A DNA stretch of 64,000 nucleotides, taken from the human T2T-CHM13v2.0 reference genome, Homo sapiens. The notes under the pieces are model-generated. The model did not search any database and was not told the origin of the DNA. It saw only the letters and a program-made list of their open reading frames with translations. Shown in pieces: positions 56,854-64,000 of this stretch. Each line of letters opens with the position of its first letter. The stretch's first letter is position 1. The DNA lies in NCBI RefSeq assembly GCF_009914755.1, contig NC_060928.1. The stretch is one strand, 5' to 3'. A program made the position numbers and the translations under genes.

Positions 56854-58825
56854 GTGGGAATTGCTGTGCTACCATCTGGAAACAGTAGGTTTGGTGCTTC
56901 CTGCTGCTATAGCATGAGTCTAACTTACATCAGCTGAAGGTTGGCTGTCTATCAGTTGTCCTGCAGCTTTGCTGCTGCTATCTTCCCTTCTCTGGTTAAG
57001 ACATTCATAAATGTCGTAACTCTGAGAATTTTTATTTCATCCTCAGGAGAGTCTTAAATTTCAAGTTCTTTCAGGTGAATGGATGTTTTCTCGGTCTTGG
57101 ATTGCCGTTTTAAATGACAGCCAGAGAAATAGAGGTAACCCCATAACTTTCTAACCTGTTTGCATTACTGCCAAAAGAGAGCACTCAATTAACTGTCTCA
57201 ACCATGCCTTAAGAAAACAGAAAATCTTCAAAGAGATATCAGTCAGCCATGCACCTTTCAGCAACAGTACGGAAATTACTAGCAAAGTTATTCTGTTTTT
57301 ATAGTTATCTAAACCAAAATTAAAGAGCTGTGGCAGTTATACCCATTCTATGCCCACTGAGGAAGAAGAGGTTTTGCTTGTGTGGTTGAAGCAGTACAAC
57401 TCAATTCACTGCCTAGAGTACTTGGAATTTTATTTCAAGTATAATTTTATTCTTGAAAATAAAAATAGTTGCATTTTTTAGTGCAAAAGAGTTTCCCTTT
57501 TCTTGCTATATCTCTGGGCACCTTAAGACTAGGGTTCATTTGACCCTGATGATAGCTGTTTTGTTTTTTTTTACTTTTTATCATTACTGTTTATTGTGGT
57601 GTTTGCCTAAAAAGATTTCTACCCTAAGATAGACACCAGGACCATGTAATCCCAAATCATTTAAAATAAATATTTGTAGGTAGTTAATATTATTCAGCAC
57701 AGTATTCTATAACATTATTTGTCTTCTGTGAAATTCACAATAATTCTAGGAATGTTGCTAAGGTTAGAATGCCTACTTTGAGCTGGCACTAAGAATGGCA
57801 GCTATTTCTAAATATTTGACACCATTTTGATATCTTTCCCTTTGTCTGGTGGTGTCTGTCTCATTGAAGCTGAGTGAAGAAAAGAATTCATTTATTCAAC
57901 AAATACTTACTGAACGCTTTCTATGTGCCAGGCATTCTTGTCAGTGTTGCGAATGAGGCAGTGAACAAAACAAAATCCTTTCATGAGCTTTAAAAAAAGC
58001 TCTTGAATATCCTCAGCCAACAAACCAGAGCAGGGAGGCACAGAGGACTTGCCTCGCTCTCAGGTACTCTGGGGAAACCCCCTTCAGGATGGCAGATGGA
58101 CACAAGCAGGAAAGGAGAGAGTGAAACCCTGATTTGGAAAATAAAGTAGTCGTATGTTCTAATTTAATCACTGCAGAATTTTAGAAGTGTGTTAAAATAA
58201 TAAACCAAAAAAAGGTGCTAGGTTGATATAACTTGGGCTTGAAAAATAAAGGATTACTGTTTTTTTTTTCCTTTGCAATGTCCCACACACTTGATGTAAG
58301 GATTACTTTTTAAGTATACCATTTTCATACATTTCGCATTCACAGAGTCTGCCCAAATTCTGCCTCCACCATCCTCTCAGCCTCTGTCAATGTCTAAAGC
58401 ATCCTTCTAGAATTTCTTTATGCATAAATAAGCAAATAGGAATATTCCTATTTGCCCTCTTCATAATGTAAAAGATAGCGTACTATATTTCTCTGCAATG
58501 TATGTTTTTTTTCCTTACAATATATGTAGGAGGACTTAATAAGCTAGTACTAAGACACTTTCCTCATTCTTTTTTTAAAGCAGTTACAGAATAACAGAGT
58601 CCATTTATGGATGTTCCACAGTTAAAATAGTGATCTATTGATGGACAACATTTGGGTTGTGGCCAATTGTTTGCTCTTAAACAGTACTGCAGTAAGTAAC
58701 TGTATGTAGGTTATTTTGCATGTAGACAATATATCTATATAAACTTGTAAAGTAGAATTGCAGGTCATAAGGTGTATGTGTAATTTTAATAGATATCATT
58801 AAATTGCATCTCTGAGAGGAAGGTG

Positions 58826-59124
58826 TTTTTTTTTTTTTTGAGACGGAGCCTCTCTCTGTTGCCCAGGCTGGAGTGCAATGGTGCGATCTCGGCGGCTCAC
58901 TGCAATCTCCACCTCCTGGGTTCAAGCAATTCTCCTGCCTCAGCCTCCTGAATAGCTGGGATTACAGACACCCACCATTGCGCCTGGCTAATTTTTGTAT
59001 TTTTAGTAGAGACGGGGTTTCGCCATGTTGGCCAGGCTGGTTTCGAACTCCTGACCTCAGGTAATCCGCCTGCCTCGGCTTCCCAAAGTGGTGGGATTAC
59101 AGGCATGAGCCACTGCACCTGGCC
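58826..59124 (-). mobile_element. Alu (AluS) inserted in an old antisense L1 (~58300-59210)
   Basis: Full dimer; TSD-like aaggtgttttt / aaggttttctt. Confidence 0.95.
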
Positions 59125-61109
59125 AAGGTTTTCTTATTACATATCTACTAGAAACTTGTGAGAGTACCTGCTGTCATCAGCGTCTGGATATTTTGCCAAT
59201 TCTCATAGCTTAAATGTCAGACTGGGTTGCGTGCCTTGGCAATGTGTTCTTATAGCATCCTGAACTTTCAATTATCTAAACATTTATCTCCCTGTGTGAT
59301 AATGATTTGTTTGTTTCTCCAACCAGACTGCAAGCTTTGTGAGGCCAGGGACTAGGTCGGTCTCTTTCGCCTGGCCATAACAGACATTCACATATCTAAT
59401 GAAGTTTAAATACATTTTCGAAAGATGAGACAATTAGTGGTAATTTAGCTCTCAGGGTATACAAATGCAGTAAACTGGCTTGCTGTCATAGATGGGGCTC
59501 TACTGCTATTTAATTATTAGAAATCTTCAGTTTCAGCATGGGAACAAACATTCTTCTTTTATGTTACTGCAATTTATATTAAGCAGGTAGTCAGCAACAA
59601 ATTCATGAGGTTAAATCCTCAGTTATCTGCTGGCAATTTGATTTCCCAAGACCTAAATTCGATTTTGAGAATCTGAAGAAATAAGCTTTCTACTTCTGGT
59701 TATATGCATGAGCCAAAACATTTTACAGGGCTTCAGGAGGTCCACCTATCAACTACGAACCCCAAATTAGAAAACTTGCTTGAGAGATGTGGTTAAGGAC
59801 TTTGAAATAGTTTGGAGAGTGATTCAACCCCCTTATTTCTTGCCACTAGTAATTGCAGCCTACAGTTAGCCAGTTCTAGATAATGAGGGTACTCTTTTCT
59901 TAAATCTGTTATGGACTTTGGTGGAATTCAAGAATTTTTTAATATGGAAAGATTTTTTTCCTTAAATATGCCTTTCAAAAAGAAAAATATTTTGGAGGAG
60001 ATAAAGGATTAACATGTTTAAGTTGAAAATCTTTGCTAAGTAAACTCATATACCCATTTTATAGTTGTTAAAAAAGTGAAGTAATTCATATCTATTTGAT
60101 TTTTAATAGTTCTTACAAATATCAGGATACTGAAACCCCAAGGTAAGGATGAATATTATTGGATGAAAGGAAGAAAAAATAAAATTTTCTAAACAACTTT
60201 TGTATCCTCCTGTTCATAAACATTTAATAAATCTAGAACTCAGGACTGTCCCACTAAGATTAGGAGTAACATTTAAGCACACCCTTACATCTTATTTTCT
60301 TGTTTCTATAGCAGGCATGTCCTCTGACAAGAAGAGCAAAAACGAAAGAAACAACAACAGAAATCCCAGTATTGGGGTGGTGGTGGGGGCGGCTTTTCTA
60401 AAACCACTTTTCTTTCTCTGAGTATTTAACGCATAGAAATGACTGGGAAAGTAGCGGAGACCTAAAATAATAGAGGAAAAGCCGTAACTGTCGGAGAATG
60501 TATATGGAATGCAAGCCCACAGTGTTTTGTTCTAGATTTTTGGCTCCTAGAGTAACCCAGGCACACATGCTAACTTAAATTTGAAGATGAAGGTTAGTAA
60601 GGTGACTTTAGGCCAGCTTTGCTATATATTTGTATTTATGACGGTATTGGAGGGTGAACCTCCTTGATTCCGAAGCTACTTATATTGTGCTAATCAATTC
60701 TTGTTATCAAAGAAAAGGGACAGATATGCGAATATGTGAAAGAACTAATTCTTTTAAGGATGACAAGTAATTTCCATGATACTGTATAACTCTTTTCCCT
60801 TTTATATGTAAGAACCCTGTAATTAGCTTTGTCTTAAAAGTTTTTTTTCAAAACTCTGTAGGAAAAATAGTAGCCTATATTTCAGCTACAAAGGACCTGT
60901 TTATTCTGTGTACAGCATAGTGCCTTTTGAATGCTCCTGACTTAAAGAGAATGACTGAAGGAGCCTCTACCAAGAGTGAGAAAGTGGGAAAGAACACTGT
61001 CAAGTTTAAGCACTAAATCAGCAGTCTAGTGTTGGGAGGACGTCGTGCTGAATAGATTTCTGCCTTATATCCGACTGTACCTGTGCCTGAGTTGTCTTCA
61101 TCCTGCCAA

Positions 61110-61270
61110 ACACAAACAAGTTGCTAGGCAACAGGAGTGATTCAGATGTTCTGAACACCTCACTGAATGAAATGTCTAACCATGATGTTTCCAGGAAATG
61201 CCGCCTCTACAAGTCACTGGGCAGCCTGATAAACATTTGCATGTGCCCTGAGGTCAAGTGACCTAGAGCT
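61110..61270. promoter_or_regulatory. Candidate intronic enhancer (RFX X-box, GAS, nuclear-receptor half-site array)
   Basis: GTTGCTAGGCAAC 61120-61132; TTCCAGGAA 61189-61197; AGGTCAagTGACCT 61251-61264; no recognisable repeat here. Confidence 0.45.
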
Positions 61271-61772
61271 TCTCGCTTATGTGTTATAAGGTGGGGCCAG
61301 CTAATGTTTGGAAGAATGCCACCTTACTGGGCAAACATGGATAGTTTTCATGCTCCTACATGGTAACTGTGAGGAGGAAGAGTTGGGGACAGGACTGGGA
61401 GAAGTGCAGTCTCTCCCCAGAAGAACTCACCAGGATGGAAATCCATTGCCCTTGGGTCACATCTCTAATTGTAAAAATAGCCCAAGATCCCAGAAAATCA
61501 CAACATAGCATGGTTCCAGGAGCCTGGACTCAGATGCGTTCAAATTCTACCTCTGTCACTTGTTACATTTCTAACTTCATACCTCAGATAGGGGTGGTAA
61601 TGGTGACTACCCTATACAGTAGTTGTGTGTATTAATGTTAGCATTTGGGGAACACTAAAACTGGCATCTGTCATAAACTCTGGGAAAGCATTAGCTTGCT
61701 CGCCATGCTCTAGACAGCTCCTTGAGAGGTGGGGGCTGAATTGTGAAGGAATGAAGAAGAAGAGAAGTGAGA

Positions 61773-64000
61773 TCTTTTCCAAGGATGTATTTATTCTTTT
61801 ATGATTTCAAGGACTGCAATCATAGAAATTTTAACCATAACATCATTTAAGAAAGCTCTTCAAGGTCTTTCAGCACTGCATACTTTGAGAATTATGTATC
61901 AAAAAATGACCTCAGGGTTATGCAGCGGAAAGGCCATGCGATCATGGAGCATTGCTTTAGGGCTTCCAGTGGATATGTAATGCTCTGAAGCTAGATATGG
62001 GTTTTTGCTTTACTGTTTTTTCCTTCTGTTATATCCCCCTTTTTATATAAGATATAATAAAAATGCAGTCACAAAAAGTAAACCACAGTAAGTCAGATGA
62101 AATGTTTGGGCTCTGTGACATATATGGAAACCATATTTATACAGACACATTAGTGACTCATTTAGGAAAAGAAAGGTACCTGAAGCTCTCTGGGAAAGGG
62201 TAAGATAATTCTGGTGTCTTTGAGTGTGTGGGCTGCCACATTCATTCAACTGCTATTCTAGGGCTGGGCTGCAGGTTCTTGGCTAGTGGCCAGGAACACC
62301 AACACAAACAGGACATGGACTCTATCCTTGCAGCTCATAACCAGCAGAGGAGATAGCCCTGTGTTAAGCAGTGAGCTTTTAAAACCCTGTGCTGGGCTGA
62401 AGAGATGTGTAGGAGCATAGGTATGGGGAGAAAGCCAATGGCATTCAATCTCAATCTGATCTTTAAGAGTTCTAAGTTCGCTTGAATTTATCTTTGCAAG
62501 GGAAATCAGAATGTTAGAGAATTGTGTTGGGAATGTGTCACCACATGCCAGGCTAGTGGCTCTGCAGTTCCTGAGCAATGTTTTGTAGTAGTGACTAAAC
62601 CCTGCTCTGAGGAAGTGGTGACATTAGGAGATGCAACGGAGAGTAAAAGTAGTTGGAACCTTTCTTCCTGAACTTGCAGAGTCTCTCTCTCTGGTTCTGT
62701 CTTTGCTGACTGAGAGATGGTGGTGTTTCCCAAGGAAGTAGTTGGCCTGAAAGTCAAAAGGATGAAAAGGATTGGGGAGTGACTCTCAGAGTTGCCTCAA
62801 AAGCCAGTCATAATAGTTAATTTTGAATTAGGTAGAAACTCTGGTCAGTTGTACAACATAAGTACATGACGTTTTATTCAACAGCTATAGAGATTTCTTT
62901 AAAAATATGTGTTTTTAATTGACAAATAAAAATTGTATATATTAAGGTGTATAACATGATATAATGATTTATTTATTGCCAAAATAATGGCCTAGTGTCT
63001 TAAGGTTAACTTTTCAATCTCTATAAAAAGTAAAGGAGAAAGCCCGTTGAACTGTAAAATTTTCCAGCTTTCCTTGAAGTCACAATATATAAAGTGCTTC
63101 ACTGAATTTAATGTTGAAGGTAGAATCCCTGTTTTATATGCAGTCTTATGCCTTGAATAACTTCCTATAAGTGTATGTTGGTTTGGGGAAAATGCATTTA
63201 AGTTTGGTTTATTTTATAAAGAGCCCAGAGGTTTTTCTATTTTATTACCATTTACATGAATTTAAGTTCTCTATCTTTCATCAGGTATCTTTATGTTACT
63301 TGGTGGAAAACTGTATTAACATTATTCATAAAATATTACTGAACAAACATAACATTTTCAAAAACAGCCATAAATAATGCCTCAAGTGATTCAAATAAGC
63401 TTCGATAGAATTCACGTTGTTTATATTTGTTTGTTCCAAGAAGCATTTGAGATAGGAATTTATAGTTTTAATGAACAAAGTTCTAAGACATAATCAGCTG
63501 CTTTCTCAAAGCTATCTGGCTTAGGAGTGTATGTCATGTATGATGTTAAAACTGGAATAGTCTGCAACCCAGAAAAAAATACACAATCTGGGATTGCTAA
63601 TCTTTTACGAGAGAGGTCTCATCTAGCTTAATACTGTAAATTGTCTACCTTTAAACATTAATGCTAATGGAATTTATAGTTTAACTTTAAATCAAAATAT
63701 GCAATTTCAGATTACTTGGGATATTATTATATTTCAATTTTAGGTATTTTGGAAAAGGCCTTTTAAAGTACCAACTATTTATAAACACTAACCAGTTTAT
63801 ACTAATTGGTATTACATTATTTCCTAATTTTGAATCTGCATCTGTATAATGGTCAGTTAGAATTATAAAGCAGAATACTTTTTTATATTCTTTCATGTTG
63901 GCCTCTGAGCTCACCCAATAACTTTTCTATTGTTTACCTTCTAATTAACTATCTCTTGTTCTAGGGAATATGACCTTTCAGCTACAACTTTATAAAATTA
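61773..64000 (-). ncRNA. Possible 3' end of an antisense lncRNA (recalled as CYP2U1-AS1); exon boundaries not determined
   Basis: Minus-strand AATAAA at 61790-61795, ~20 nt from where I recall the antisense transcript ending. Mostly memory-based. Confidence 0.3.
62215..62760 (-). mobile_element. L2 fragment
   Basis: 'cattcattcaac...ggacatggactctatccttgcagctcataaccagcagagg'. Confidence 0.55.

Noticed and set aside
50372-59124. Alu-driven circularisation of exon 2
   Set aside because: The nearest flanking Alus are in the same orientation and the exon is only 82 nt.
60290-60421. Acceptor-like tttcttgtttctatag/cag followed by ATG (MSSDKKSK...) as a first coding exon
   Set aside because: No convincing downstream donor before the stop, and the peptide does not resemble a sphingomyelin synthase N-terminus as I recall it.

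Overview
Primate (almost certainly human) genomic DNA, not prokaryotic: it is dense in Alu, L1, L2, MIR, MaLR/ERV LTRs and MER/Tigger DNA transposons. The first ~22.6 kb is repeat-rich intergenic sequence. A CpG-island promoter at ~22.7-23.75 kb carries two alternative ATG-free first exons, with splice donors after 23093 (CGG|gtgagt) and 23553 (CGG|gtaagg). A 33.2-kb intron follows, then an 82-nt non-coding exon (56772-56853). This layout matches my recollection of the 5' end of SGMS2 (sphingomyelin synthase 2, chr4q25, + strand). That name comes from memory and should be confirmed by BLAT; no SGMS2 coding sequence lies in the window. The only long ORF (445 aa, minus strand) is the uninterrupted C-terminal third of L1 ORF2p in a 5'-truncated L1PA3-like insertion, fused in frame to an ATG in the flank. 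The other ORFs look like Alu-derived or chance frames. I found no convincing novel multi-gene system. The best leads are the chimeric L1 ORF, a TSD-flanked internal L1 fragment, an RFX/STAT/nuclear-receptor motif cluster near 61.1-61.3 kb, an AP-1 site overlapping a splice donor, and several local duplication or palindrome scars. Repeat subfamily names are from visual similarity to remembered consensus sequences.
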